The position numbers and the translations under genes were made by a program. The notes below the pieces were generated by a model, which saw only the letters and a list, made by a program, of their open reading frames with translations, searched no databases and was not told the origin of the DNA. Source: an uncultured virus (IMG/VR IMGVR_UViG_3300046786_000599) (taxonomy: Duplodnaviria > Heunggongvirae > Uroviricota > Caudoviricetes). From it: a DNA stretch of 64,000 nt. Positions 38,797 to 48,963 of the stretch are shown here, piece after piece. The DNA lies in the IMG/VR virus record IMGVR_UViG_3300046786_000599. One strand, given 5' to 3'. Each line of letters starts with the position of its first letter. The first letter of the stretch is position 1.

Positions 38797-39593
38797 AACA
38801 CTTTAAGTTTTTTTAACAAATCCCTCATTCTATAAGTGTATGTATGTTTTGCTATACAAACTTCGTATCCTTTTATAGCCATTCTAGTTCTTTCTTCCTC
38901 ATGTTCAATGTAATATATGATTTTGTCTCTCATTTCTGGTTGAGAAGTATATCCAACCTTCCCTTCGAATATTTCTATAACCTGTGGAATAGTAGACAAC
39001 TCAAAATTGCCACTCATCGGAATATCAAATGCTTTTTGATTTAAATAAACAAAATCCTTTCTTGGTATTTGGTAATTTAAGTTTACTTTTGTGTTTCCAT
39101 ATGTCATTTCTGAAAAAGCAGTATCGGATTTAATTACTATAGATTTTAACTTAGGATCTTTCATTGGATCATCAGCACTTACATCATATCTTCTTTCTAA
39201 TTCTGTATAAAAAGGAATTAAAGATTCTTGAGATGCAAGTGGACAATAATAGAAAGGTAAACCATCTTTGTTAAACGAATCTTCTGTAGATTTATCATAA
39301 AAACAAGGTTCTACCCAAAGATTAACAAACGGATAGTTTTTGTAAAATGTTTTATAGTTATCTCCTACTATACAAACGGTTTTGACTGCTTTCTTTTCTT
39401 GTAGTAAATCTAATTCATGTTCAGAAGGATCTTCAATTATCTGTATATCAGGAACGAAATCTAGTTTTTTCAAAACCTCATATGCTTTTGTTATCGGTAT
39501 GACGTTTTTAGCACCACAATCTTCTAACCCTTCTTTCCATCCGGAATACACTGAATCATATTTGGTTAATTCTTTATAAAATGAGATATTCAT
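38793..39593 (-). CDS. CgeB-like glycosyltransferase
   Basis: KVNLN, LNQKAFDIPMSG, YYIEHEEER, HTYTYR. Confidence 0.7.
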   Translation of the reverse strand: MNISFYKELTKYDSVYSGWKEGLEDCGAKNVIPITKAYEVLKKLDFVPDIQIIEDPSEHELDLLQEKKAVKTVCIVGDNYKTFYKNYPFVNLWVEPCFYDKSTEDSFNKDGLPFYYCPLASQESLIPFYTELERRYDVSADDPMKDPKLKSIVIKSDTAFSEMTYGNTKVNLNYQIPRKDFVYLNQKAFDIPMSGNFELSTIPQVIEIFEGKVGYTSQPEMRDKIIYYIEHEEERTRMAIKGYEVCIAKHTYTYRMRDLLKKLKVL

Positions 39594-40315
39594 ACATTCT
39601 TTAAAACAAATACTGGTTGATAAGACCCATCTTGACCTCTATCAACATCATAAACGGTTTCATCAAACCCTTCTTGGTCTATCATTTCCCAGTTGTCCAA
39701 CAAGTAAGGCAATCTAATAGGACCATATCTTCTATGAGCATTCCACACTACAGCATCTTGTCCAACCGGTACTGCTAAAAACAACAATCCGTCTTTCTTA
39801 ACAATTTCTTTCATTTCTTTCATTGCTCTAAAATCACCATCCGGATCAACAGGGTCACCATAACGACCCAACCCATCATGTTCAAATGTTGATATTGAAA
39901 TTGCTACATCAAATGGTGGGTGGTGGGCAAAGTTTTTAATATGAATCATTTTTAATCTATCATCAGACGGTTTTATAATATTCCATTCGATAGCCGTAGG
40001 GATTCCTTTATAGTGTAACACAATGGATTCATACCACGGTTTAATTGAACCCATAACTGCTACGGTTTTGCCTTCAATAGAATGTCTATCCAATAAATCA
40101 TACAACCACTTATCTGTTATGCCATATGAATCACCAGGAATTTTATATTGGATTTTTCTTAAATATGAATCGACAGTATCTTTTGAATATAACCTTTCAT
40201 CGACAGCATTGTTTAAATCTGAAAAATACCAGTGGATTACTTTTACATTACCACTCATGGTAAATGCGTTCTGTTGTTCTTTAGTTAAACTTTCCCATCG
40301 AATTGCCTCTTTCAT
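39590..40315 (-). CDS. SAM-dependent methyltransferase-like protein (DUF268)
   Basis: VMGSIKPWYE, SISTFEHDGLGRYGDPVDPDGD, NAHRRYG. Confidence 0.8.
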   Translation of the reverse strand: MKEAIRWESLTKEQQNAFTMSGNVKVIHWYFSDLNNAVDERLYSKDTVDSYLRKIQYKIPGDSYGITDKWLYDLLDRHSIEGKTVAVMGSIKPWYESIVLHYKGIPTAIEWNIIKPSDDRLKMIHIKNFAHHPPFDVAISISTFEHDGLGRYGDPVDPDGDFRAMKEMKEIVKKDGLLFLAVPVGQDAVVWNAHRRYGPIRLPYLLDNWEMIDQEGFDETVYDVDRGQDGSYQPVFVLKNV

Positions 40316-41829
40316 ATCTTAATCCACCCTTCCGGTATTAAATCTTTTAAATCCCAATGTGCATATCCTGGACCAAACCACGTTTTGGGAGCAATAACCT
40401 TTTTTGTTGGATTTTGGTTTAACCACGCTCCCCACCAACTAAATGTCGAGTTTCCTATAACGTTGTTTTCACACAATGACATTAAATATAGTTCATTGTA
40501 GTCTTCGTCTTTAATAAAGTCAAACTTTCCTTTGAAAAATGATTTACACCAATCCATATCATCACTGAAAACCAAATACTCTTTGTCGCCCATTTCTTCA
40601 ATTGCTTTTGTGTAGTATTCTTCTCCAACAAACACATGATGTGGCCAAAGTTTCAAATAATCTCCTCTGCGAACATGTATTGAAACTTTGTTCGATACAT
40701 CACCGTATTTTTCAATTAACAACTTTTTGTGTTCTTCACTAATACCAAAAAACTTATAAATTTCTTTTTTGTCAAAATATTTTTCGGATTGATATCCGCC
40801 TTTGATGATTGTAAACGGTTCTATATTAGGTATTTGTACAAAATTAAATTTCTCAGAATTATATATGGCACATATATTAATGTTTTTTGATGTTATAAGA
40901 TTTCTAAAAACGTTGGTTTTATACGTTTCGAATTTTCTGCCTTGAAGTGGAAGGAAGTGAGTGTCAGGATCAAACATTGCCACATAACCCAAACGTTTTG
41001 CGAGAGATATACAAGAGGCTACTTGAAACATTTGGTTTCCCAAACCGCCTGAAAGTTCGGAAGTTATGATTGGAAGCAAATTCTTTTTTGGACGAGAACG
41101 AATTTCCGATTCATAGTTTACATTTCTTTTTTTCTGATGTTCTTGTATTCTTCCTACGTTTGTTTGACTGTGGTTATAAACGTATGTAGGAAAATCAAAC
41201 CGACATATTTTATCAGAAGGACATTTCTCTAAAGCATCAAACATGATTACCAAATCATCGGGTCCTAGAATGTATTGATCGTCTTGAATAGATAAGAAGT
41301 CTTTTTTATCTATTGATTTCCAAATGAACCCTCTCATTGTTTTGGTGTGACTTGAACGCCAAGTATCTTTTCGATAATCTCTGTTTTTTGTTATTTGAAT
41401 CGGAAATTCTGAATTTTGAGGATGTGGTTCAGAAACTCCTTCCCCTCCATTCCAAACTACCATGCCACCATAACCAACCCAACAGTCGTTCAACTCGTAA
41501 TATTGGTCGATGGCATGTAATACTTCATCGCTAGACAACCAATCGTCACCATCTAAAAACAAAACAATGTCGTTATCGTCAATGTATTGATCTAATACAT
41601 TAGAAAAAATCCAAGATTTAGTATTGTTTTTTTCAAAATCGATAAACTTAAATCGATCATCTGTGTTTTTTACACATTCTTTAGCAACTGAAATCGTATT
41701 ATCCGTGGAACCGTCATTGAAGAACAAAACTTCATAGTTAGTGTAAGTTTGGTTTGTTACACTACTTATACACAATTCGGTCCACTTTTCGTTGTTGTAA
41801 GACGTTATAACGATTTTAAACTTATTCAT
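40312..41829 (-). CDS. GT2 + GT11 (alpha-1,2-fucosyl/colitosyltransferase) fusion
   Basis: N-terminal NDGSTD and LDGDDWL; C-terminal GGLGNQMFQ, YQSEKYF, HVRRGDY, FSDD, NSTFSWWGAWL. Confidence 0.9.
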   Translation of the reverse strand: MNKFKIVITSYNNEKWTELCISSVTNQTYTNYEVLFFNDGSTDNTISVAKECVKNTDDRFKFIDFEKNNTKSWIFSNVLDQYIDDNDIVLFLDGDDWLSSDEVLHAIDQYYELNDCWVGYGGMVVWNGGEGVSEPHPQNSEFPIQITKNRDYRKDTWRSSHTKTMRGFIWKSIDKKDFLSIQDDQYILGPDDLVIMFDALEKCPSDKICRFDFPTYVYNHSQTNVGRIQEHQKKRNVNYESEIRSRPKKNLLPIITSELSGGLGNQMFQVASCISLAKRLGYVAMFDPDTHFLPLQGRKFETYKTNVFRNLITSKNINICAIYNSEKFNFVQIPNIEPFTIIKGGYQSEKYFDKKEIYKFFGISEEHKKLLIEKYGDVSNKVSIHVRRGDYLKLWPHHVFVGEEYYTKAIEEMGDKEYLVFSDDMDWCKSFFKGKFDFIKDEDYNELYLMSLCENNVIGNSTFSWWGAWLNQNPTKKVIAPKTWFGPGYAHWDLKDLIPEGWIKI

Positions 41830-42803
41830 GTTAAAACCGAGTTAATAAAAGTTTTCCATTGTTCTATTCCAAAATATTTTTTATAATTTTCCTTGGCCAA
41901 TTCAGAACATGTCTGATAAAATTCCGGTTCTTCTTTTAACATTTTAGCTAATTTTCTTGCATCAAAAACATTTTCGGATGAAACTGAAAGATCAGGAAAA
42001 CACAAACGTTGAGTATCAACATCTTTATTACCTATACATGGTATTCCAAAATATGCACAATTAAGGGAAAATGTTCCAGCCGCTACTGTAGGCATCATAT
42101 GAACGGCGTATTTAAAGGTGGATAACGTTCTTATCCAATCAACCCACATTATCCGAGGTAATATATTTACTACTTGTTCTTCTCCTGGTTGACTAGCATG
42201 AGAGGTTTGAACCCAAATGGGAACTTCGAATTCTTGAGCAACAAGATAACTTTGAAATCCTCCATACCACCGACAAAAATTTCCGCCGATAATTGATTTA
42301 TCTTCTGTTTTGCGGAATATATCCTTGATTAAAGTCTCAATCATTAATGTTGGTATAACTTCTACTTTTTTATCCGGAAACCAACCTTTATACCATTTTT
42401 TATCATATTCATTATGGGATAAAACAAGGTCAACTTCCGCCAATGTATTATAAAAATTAAATTGATCTTCCAAATTGAAATCGTTTACATACCAAGTTGG
42501 TCCTTCTTGAACATAAGCTATTTTTTTGTTTTTCTTTTTTAATTCTTGAACAAAAGGCAATTTATAAAGTTGAGAAAATCTATTCGGTTCGTTACTTACA
42601 CGAATGCCTTCATTGTTTAATCCAACGCCTCCTTTTGGTAAAATTAACATAACCCAATCATATCCAGAGACATCATTGTAGTTAATTACTGGAAAATGAT
42701 CAGCGTTTAGAACGCACATCCAAGAAAATTCCGTTCTCATATTAATATGAGTAGAAGGTATTTTTCCATAAAACCCCATTTCTGACAAAAACGCAATTCT
42801 CAT
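41826..42803 (-). CDS. Putative glycosyltransferase (GT-B-like)
   Basis: VHMMPTVAAGTFSLNCAYFGIPCIG; island context. Confidence 0.6.
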   Translation of the reverse strand: MRIAFLSEMGFYGKIPSTHINMRTEFSWMCVLNADHFPVINYNDVSGYDWVMLILPKGGVGLNNEGIRVSNEPNRFSQLYKLPFVQELKKKNKKIAYVQEGPTWYVNDFNLEDQFNFYNTLAEVDLVLSHNEYDKKWYKGWFPDKKVEVIPTLMIETLIKDIFRKTEDKSIIGGNFCRWYGGFQSYLVAQEFEVPIWVQTSHASQPGEEQVVNILPRIMWVDWIRTLSTFKYAVHMMPTVAAGTFSLNCAYFGIPCIGNKDVDTQRLCFPDLSVSSENVFDARKLAKMLKEEPEFYQTCSELAKENYKKYFGIEQWKTFINSVLT

Positions 42804-43744
42804 AATATTTTCATGTATTTTTCAAAATAAACATCAGTTAATGTTTCAAAGTTTTTAACGCAATTATAGAATATGTGTATCCCATAACCTTCTTTTGTAA
42901 AGACATAGTTGAGATTGTTTTGATGAATATACAAATTGATTGGAACTTCGTCAAACGCATCTTTAAACAGAGATTGGTCTTCTATAATTTTCTTCCACGT
43001 TTGGGTTTTAATAAAGAAAACCGTATTAGTCAAATATGGAATTTGTTTAATTTCCATTGAATAATTTTGTTTTTCTTTAATTTTATCATAATGTGTTATT
43101 GCTAGATCATTGATTTTAATCTGAGCTTCTTCTTGTAATCTTAGAGGATGAATTCCTTTATAATAGTGATCGAGTTTATTTACTTCGTTATAGAACAGTT
43201 CTTTATTCCATTCTTTTGTGGTTTCGTTAACAACATTGAGTGGAGTATAGTCTGCTCCCCAAAGTGGTTCAAATTTGTAAGTATGAAACAAATCATACAT
43301 TTCTTTTATTTCTTCTGGAGTTCCTAATCCTTCTATAAAGGATTCTATTTGAGGAATGCTTATTGAAAGGTTTGGAGTCAATACAACGTTTTTATCGTCC
43401 TGCAAAATATCAAGATTGTCTATAATGTATTCCCAAAGATGTTGACTAAACCAAGCATCATCATCCAGTTTACAACAATATTCAGTATCAGATTCACAGG
43501 ACAACTTAATTTTGTCCATATAGTTAAGTGTAAATGGAAACTCAGCTGTATAAGTTTCTATTCCTTTTGATACTAAGGTTTCGGCTACTTGTTGCCATAT
43601 ATGAGCATTTCCAGCATATAAAATTTTAACACAAATTTGTTCTTTGTGTTTAGGACTAATTAAAGACAAATAGTGAAACACTATGTTTACAAATTTTATT
43701 CTAGACGGCCTGTGCGGTAAATAACAAATTGTTAATTTTTTCAT
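42800..43744 (-). CDS. Putative glycosyltransferase (GT-A-like)
   Basis: EYCCKLDDD, FDEVPIN; island context. Confidence 0.5.
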   Translation of the reverse strand: MKKLTICYLPHRPSRIKFVNIVFHYLSLISPKHKEQICVKILYAGNAHIWQQVAETLVSKGIETYTAEFPFTLNYMDKIKLSCESDTEYCCKLDDDAWFSQHLWEYIIDNLDILQDDKNVVLTPNLSISIPQIESFIEGLGTPEEIKEMYDLFHTYKFEPLWGADYTPLNVVNETTKEWNKELFYNEVNKLDHYYKGIHPLRLQEEAQIKINDLAITHYDKIKEKQNYSMEIKQIPYLTNTVFFIKTQTWKKIIEDQSLFKDAFDEVPINLYIHQNNLNYVFTKEGYGIHIFYNCVKNFETLTDVYFEKYMKIL

Positions 43745-44469
43745 ATCTTTTTATAATTTTCTGAAGGGTATCTTATAAACCCTTTTTGAGATGGGTGCAT
43801 TCCACTGTTCCATAGTTCTACATATTTACTCGCTGGATTTGAACAAATCCACATTTCGCATCGGTGTCTGTGGTATTTATCTTCTTTTGAATAGAAATTT
43901 GGAATTCCTGGCATTTCTTCTGGTGCTAATAACGTATTTATATGTTCACTTTTTGACCACCAAAAGTTTCCAGAAAAATGAGTTGTTGGCCAAGTAGCCA
44001 AATCGACGCCGGTGGCATCAAATCCCTGTTCTAAGAGATTTAAACAACTGTTATATTTTTCGATGTTAAAATAAGTCATGTAATGTCTTTGATCGACAAC
44101 TGCCATGTTATCAATTGGACTTGTTACTCCTCTTAAATGGTAATAACAAACATAACATTTATTTTCTTTACAAGTTTTTTGAACAAGATTTAGAGTTGGA
44201 AATTCGTGACAAAAATAATCACCATCTATAGATCTTTTTACAAATTCTTCTTCAGTAGGAAGTTGCTTAGTAATAGGGTTTTCATTAAAATAATGAATCT
44301 CAACATTATCTGGGAAATCGGTTTTTTTTAATCTTCCTGGCCCAACTATTCCGATATAGAATTTTTTCGATGAACGAATTAACGGAATTGACTTCTCCCA
44401 ATTTTCTTCAAAGATCTCATTGTATCTTTTCAATGAACATACATGTAAGAATGTATAAATGTCTCTCAT
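43741..44469 (-). CDS. Conserved glycan-locus protein, putative glycosyltransferase
   Basis: EFPTL, YYHLRGVT, HFSGNFWWSKS, RHRCEMWI. Confidence 0.5.
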   Translation of the reverse strand: MRDIYTFLHVCSLKRYNEIFEENWEKSIPLIRSSKKFYIGIVGPGRLKKTDFPDNVEIHYFNENPITKQLPTEEEFVKRSIDGDYFCHEFPTLNLVQKTCKENKCYVCYYHLRGVTSPIDNMAVVDQRHYMTYFNIEKYNSCLNLLEQGFDATGVDLATWPTTHFSGNFWWSKSEHINTLLAPEEMPGIPNFYSKEDKYHRHRCEMWICSNPASKYVELWNSGMHPSQKGFIRYPSENYKKI

Positions 44470-44795
44470 ATGTTATTTGTAATATATTTGTCTCCAATAA
44501 CAGATGGCATCTTTATAACACAAGTAATTGTATCAGTCAACGGAATAAAATCGGTAGATTCTCCTTTTTCTATAAAAACAACATCTCCTTCGTTTTTGAG
44601 GTTTCCGTTCATTAAAGCAGATCCCTTTACTATTACAGTTATTTCTGTAGCAACTTTATGATGATGAGAAGATTCTGACTGTCCAACATTATAGTGTTTT
44701 ATTGCTACTTCAAAATCCTTAGTATAAAGAATGGAAGGAAAGAAATCTCCAATAAACCAACCGCCTTTATAATCTGATAATTTAGACGTTTCCAT
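44466..44795 (-). CDS. Cupin protein
   Basis: GWFIGDFFPS, HHHKVATEIT, KMPSVIGDKY. Confidence 0.75.
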   Translation of the reverse strand: METSKLSDYKGGWFIGDFFPSILYTKDFEVAIKHYNVGQSESSHHHKVATEITVIVKGSALMNGNLKNEGDVVFIEKGESTDFIPLTDTITCVIKMPSVIGDKYITNNI

Positions 44796-46152
44796 AATTT
44801 TTGATAAAGTAATCTAAATCTTCTGGAGTTCCAAGACCCCACATTTTGTCAACGTTGAAGATTTTTGTTTTTTTTCCGTCTTGAATGGCTTCATTGTAAA
44901 CTGGACAAACATAAAATTCGTTGTTTATACGAATGTTCTTGGAAATCATTTGTTCGGCATATTTTACATAATCAGATCCACGTTTCCAGTAATAAACACC
45001 TACAGTTGCCACATTACTAATAACTTCTTTTTCACGAACTTCTGTAACAAAACCATTTGCGTCTTGTTTTACATAACTCCATTTAGGATGGGTATTTGGA
45101 AAAGTTAGAATCCCACCATCAATTTGATCACCGATCATTGAATACATGAATTCATTGCTATCCCATTCTACAAACTGGTCTGAATTAGCTATAAGTAACG
45201 GTTCATTGTTGTCAATGTATTCTTTAGCTAATAAAGTTGTACATGCTGCTCCTTCTGTGAGGTGGTCTACTTGAACAATTTTACAGTTGGGTGTAATAAG
45301 ATTGAGAAGTTGCTTAAGGTTATACTTCTCATAATGTTCTTTTCTTACAATGTAAATGTGTTCGGCATCAATGTTGATATTTTCTATAACAACTTGAATC
45401 ATAGGTTTACCTTTAACATCTATTAAAGGTTTGGGAAAAGTATAACCAGCTTTTTCAAACCTACTTCCAGCACCTGCCATCGGAACTAAAACTTTCATTT
45501 TTCCTCCTTGCCATTTTGGTCTAATCTGTCGGTTGTCAATCATCGAAATATAATCAATCAACGAATCGAACTTTACATCATTGGAATCTTTAACTCCAAA
45601 AAGATATGCTCCGCTGTTTAAAGCCGCTTTCCTTCCAATATGTGAGTCTTCTACAATAACGGTTTCTTTTGGATCAACCTCAGCTTTAAGCATACAACGA
45701 AGATACATCTCTGTAGCTGGTTTTGGATTTTTTACATCTTGGTTAGAATAGAAAAAATCAACATATTCCATGAACCCTTTAGTCATCAACATCATTTTAA
45801 CGGTTTCACGAATAGAATTAGAAGCTACAGCTATTTTATAACCCAAAGAACGGAGTTCGCTTAGAACTGAAACTAAACGTTCGTCTTTATTGAATCTTTT
45901 GATAATTTCAAGTGTTTTCTCTTGTTTTAACCTCCACACTTCATCGTGTTTTGACTTTGGAAGACCTTTTTCCTGAGTCAACATGTTAAGCTTTTTAGTA
46001 GTATTTAATCCATCATATTTGGATAGATGTTCTTCTCTTGAAATAACATATTTTGGATCAATGGATTTTAAAGCAAGATTAAGAGCTTCGTAATGAAGCT
46101 CCTTTGCGTCTACAAGTACGCCATCTAAATCAAATATAATTAGTTTAATCAT
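44782..46152 (-). CDS. HAD phosphatase - sugar nucleotidyltransferase fusion
   Basis: FDLDGVL, ASNS, KP, EDS; then PMAGAGSRF..PKPLI, TEGAACT, NSDQ, NNEFYVCP, LGTPEDL. Confidence 0.9.
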   Translation of the reverse strand: MIKLIIFDLDGVLVDAKELHYEALNLALKSIDPKYVISREEHLSKYDGLNTTKKLNMLTQEKGLPKSKHDEVWRLKQEKTLEIIKRFNKDERLVSVLSELRSLGYKIAVASNSIRETVKMMLMTKGFMEYVDFFYSNQDVKNPKPATEMYLRCMLKAEVDPKETVIVEDSHIGRKAALNSGAYLFGVKDSNDVKFDSLIDYISMIDNRQIRPKWQGGKMKVLVPMAGAGSRFEKAGYTFPKPLIDVKGKPMIQVVIENINIDAEHIYIVRKEHYEKYNLKQLLNLITPNCKIVQVDHLTEGAACTTLLAKEYIDNNEPLLIANSDQFVEWDSNEFMYSMIGDQIDGGILTFPNTHPKWSYVKQDANGFVTEVREKEVISNVATVGVYYWKRGSDYVKYAEQMISKNIRINNEFYVCPVYNEAIQDGKKTKIFNVDKMWGLGTPEDLDYFIKNYGNV

Positions 46153-46982
46153 ATTTCTAATACAGGCTGTTCCATGAAATGAAAATGACAAATTCCACAT
46201 TCTGTAAAGAATATGTTCTTGTGACTGGAATCAGAAATTCGATTGAAAATTATAGTTTGAAGAAGTTTTTTATAACTATCCTTACTGATTAGATGTTTGC
46301 ATTTTAGGTTATTTCTTAAAACACAATCTCTCAACACAATTTCACAAAGTAAATATTTATATTCAACTTGTGTTTTGTTGTTATTGTAATTTGGATCGTT
46401 AATACATTTATTATACAAATCTTCAAACCACTTATCTTCACACAAACAATCTATATCAGATTTAATTACAAAAAAGTTGGTTTGTGGGAAAAAATATTCA
46501 TATCCATTATCTTTAAAAGAGTTTACAGCTAAATCTGCATCTAGTTTATAGTAACTATCCATTCCTGTATATCCATGTCCTTGAACAAAGAAAAACTCAG
46601 AGTCATCCATTTCGACATCAAAAATATTTTCGTTTATTAAAACATCGTTGGTAGACTTCCAAGCCCATTTATATCCCATGTGTTTTGATTGAAACAAAAC
46701 GGTTTTATCTAAATCAGTAAATCCAAAAGTATGCCCATAGTTTTTTCTATTTATCATTATACATTTGTCTCCAAAATGTTTGAGCCAAATGTTGTTGTAA
46801 TCGTTTATGAATCGTTGAGATACATTTTCAGTTCTAGTATGAGCAACTATAACTTTTGGAAACTGAGATATAATAGGAAGGTTGTGTAAAACGTAACGTT
46901 CTAGATTTTCAATATCATCTATCTTTGTAATACATCCTATTGAACAATAGGCAGATTCGTTTATAACATCCTTTAATTTCAT
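46149..46982 (-). CDS. Hypothetical glycan-locus protein (possible glycosyltransferase)
   Basis: NYGHTFGFTDLD, KSTNDV, PQTNFF; translationally coupled within the island. Confidence 0.5.
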   Translation of the reverse strand: MKLKDVINESAYCSIGCITKIDDIENLERYVLHNLPIISQFPKVIVAHTRTENVSQRFINDYNNIWLKHFGDKCIMINRKNYGHTFGFTDLDKTVLFQSKHMGYKWAWKSTNDVLINENIFDVEMDDSEFFFVQGHGYTGMDSYYKLDADLAVNSFKDNGYEYFFPQTNFFVIKSDIDCLCEDKWFEDLYNKCINDPNYNNNKTQVEYKYLLCEIVLRDCVLRNNLKCKHLISKDSYKKLLQTIIFNRISDSSHKNIFFTECGICHFHFMEQPVLEI

Positions 46983-47656
46983 TTTGGTAAATTAAACCCC
47001 CAGTTTTCTTCTTTAGTGAAGTTTGAATTATATCTGAGGTTTGTTTCTATCTGTTTTTCTATAGTTTTATCGTGATACAATGCTAGTTCTTCGTCAAACG
47101 GTAGATAAACGTAACTTGTATTACCTCCTATACGTTCGTGAAGTCTACCAACCCATTTGATTCTATTAGGTATGTTTTTAAACAATCTGCCTTGAGGGTC
47201 TGGCCAATTTATAATGGGTCTTTTATAAGTTGACGATTCAGTTAATCTCCACCCCCACTGTTTAGCATGTTCAGTGGTTACTCCTTTGAAATCATTTATT
47301 CTCGGAAGCCAAAACACTTCTATAGTTGGATTGGCTTCTATAATATCTTTAATGTTTTCCAAAAGAGCTTCAGTAGGATTTTCATCACCGTCTATCTGAA
47401 ATATATAATCTCCCGAACATTTTGATGATCCCCAGTTTTTGTGTTCAGAATAGTTGTTGTTTAAGTTGTGTTCATAAACATAAACATGTGTTGGACCAGA
47501 TGTCCAATTATACAAAATACGGTATGTTTCTTTTGTCGGATTGTCTGCTACAATTACAACCTCGTCATTATCGCCTAAAAACTTATCTAATCTAGAAAGC
47601 AAGTTGTCTAGAGTAGTTGTTTCGTCGTGACACGTAATTAAATAACTCAGTTTCAT
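46979..47656 (-). CDS. Glycosyltransferase family 2
   Basis: HKNWG..CSGDYIFQIDGDE, WPDPQGRLF, LHERI. Confidence 0.85.
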   Translation of the reverse strand: MKLSYLITCHDETTTLDNLLSRLDKFLGDNDEVVIVADNPTKETYRILYNWTSGPTHVYVYEHNLNNNYSEHKNWGSSKCSGDYIFQIDGDENPTEALLENIKDIIEANPTIEVFWLPRINDFKGVTTEHAKQWGWRLTESSTYKRPIINWPDPQGRLFKNIPNRIKWVGRLHERIGGNTSYVYLPFDEELALYHDKTIEKQIETNLRYNSNFTKEENWGFNLPK

Positions 47657-48963
47657 CCTGCTTTAGGTAAGGTGATTTTCTTCAACTTTGGAAGGTTAAT
47701 AGTTTGTTGTACAGCCATCTTTGGAACAATTCTATCTAACATTGTATGAAACACTTTATCCATCTCTTGAATAGAAAATTTAACTTCATTAACTTTTCTT
47801 AGTTCTTCCGATTTAACCAAATAAGAATCGTAATGTTCATAAACTGTCTTCATTACTTCACCAGCCGCTGCGTAGTTTACATTAAACCAGCCCGATTCTT
47901 TAACAAACCATTCATTTACCGCTTCTCCCGGAATTTGTTTAAGTTCTCCTGGAAGTAACCTACAAAGTTTTGGATCCAAGAAATCAAGATGACCACTCCA
48001 ATTAGGAGCGAGAAGAGGTTTGCCACTCAATGTGGAAAGGAGAAGAGGATGTCCAAACCCCTCTCCATGAGTAAAGGAAACGTGAACCTTTACCTTTTCA
48101 TGGTTATATAGAGCATTCATTTCTTCATCGGTAAACTCGCCGTGAAGAATATAAATTTTAGGATTTTCTGGCTTTTCACCACCTAATCCATCAATGATTG
48201 ACTTAAGTTTTCCAATACAATCATATTTGTCAATTTTACAGAGAGCGGCACCGCTAGTCTTTAAAATCAAAGCAGGTTTTGATGCTTCTGGATAACCACG
48301 GAATGTTTCAATAAACGTCTTAATTAACATTCCTATGTCTTTTCTGTCAGCATTGATGTTGTTTGCTGTCCACTGTCCAACAAAGAGATAACAGAAGTTT
48401 TCTTTGATTTTAGACATGTGTTTTTCAAGATTTTCGTTTTTAACGTCGGTCTTCTTAAACACATTTGTATTAGCTCCCCAAAATAAAACTTCACATGGTT
48501 TGTCTAATTTAAGAAGTTCTTTTCTCCCATCATTAAAGTTTTTGGTGTAATTGGCTTGTTGAAAGATTTTTTGTGCATGAACAGATGTAGCAATGTTAAA
48601 ATTCATTCTATTCAATCCTTCAATCCAAGGACCTGCCGCAATAGTGCTTTCAATACCAGCAGTCATTCCAATGTTAAACTTCCCAACTGGTTGAAACTCG
48701 TTTGGAATTGTACAGTGAATAAAAATATCAGGCTGTCTATTGAGTTGTTGTTGAAGGATTTTCGGAATTAAGGCTTGGGTTTCAGCATCCTTATCCAAAT
48801 CGGATTGTAGGTTTTTCTTACTGCAATGCCCCCATCTTGTAGGAACAAGCATTAAGTCAAATTTATCATATCGCAATAAGGATTTAGCGACTGTTTCTGC
48901 CCAGTCACCGTACCCAGAACGAGTCCAACATGGGGACTGAAATACACAAAGAGGCTTACTCAT
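47653..48963 (-). CDS. Glycosyltransferase family 4-like
   Basis: TRSGYG, RKDIGMLI, THGEGFGHPLL, WSGHLDF. Confidence 0.85.
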   Translation of the reverse strand: MSKPLCVFQSPCWTRSGYGDWAETVAKSLLRYDKFDLMLVPTRWGHCSKKNLQSDLDKDAETQALIPKILQQQLNRQPDIFIHCTIPNEFQPVGKFNIGMTAGIESTIAAGPWIEGLNRMNFNIATSVHAQKIFQQANYTKNFNDGRKELLKLDKPCEVLFWGANTNVFKKTDVKNENLEKHMSKIKENFCYLFVGQWTANNINADRKDIGMLIKTFIETFRGYPEASKPALILKTSGAALCKIDKYDCIGKLKSIIDGLGGEKPENPKIYILHGEFTDEEMNALYNHEKVKVHVSFTHGEGFGHPLLLSTLSGKPLLAPNWSGHLDFLDPKLCRLLPGELKQIPGEAVNEWFVKESGWFNVNYAAAGEVMKTVYEHYDSYLVKSEELRKVNEVKFSIQEMDKVFHTMLDRIVPKMAVQQTINLPKLKKITLPKAG

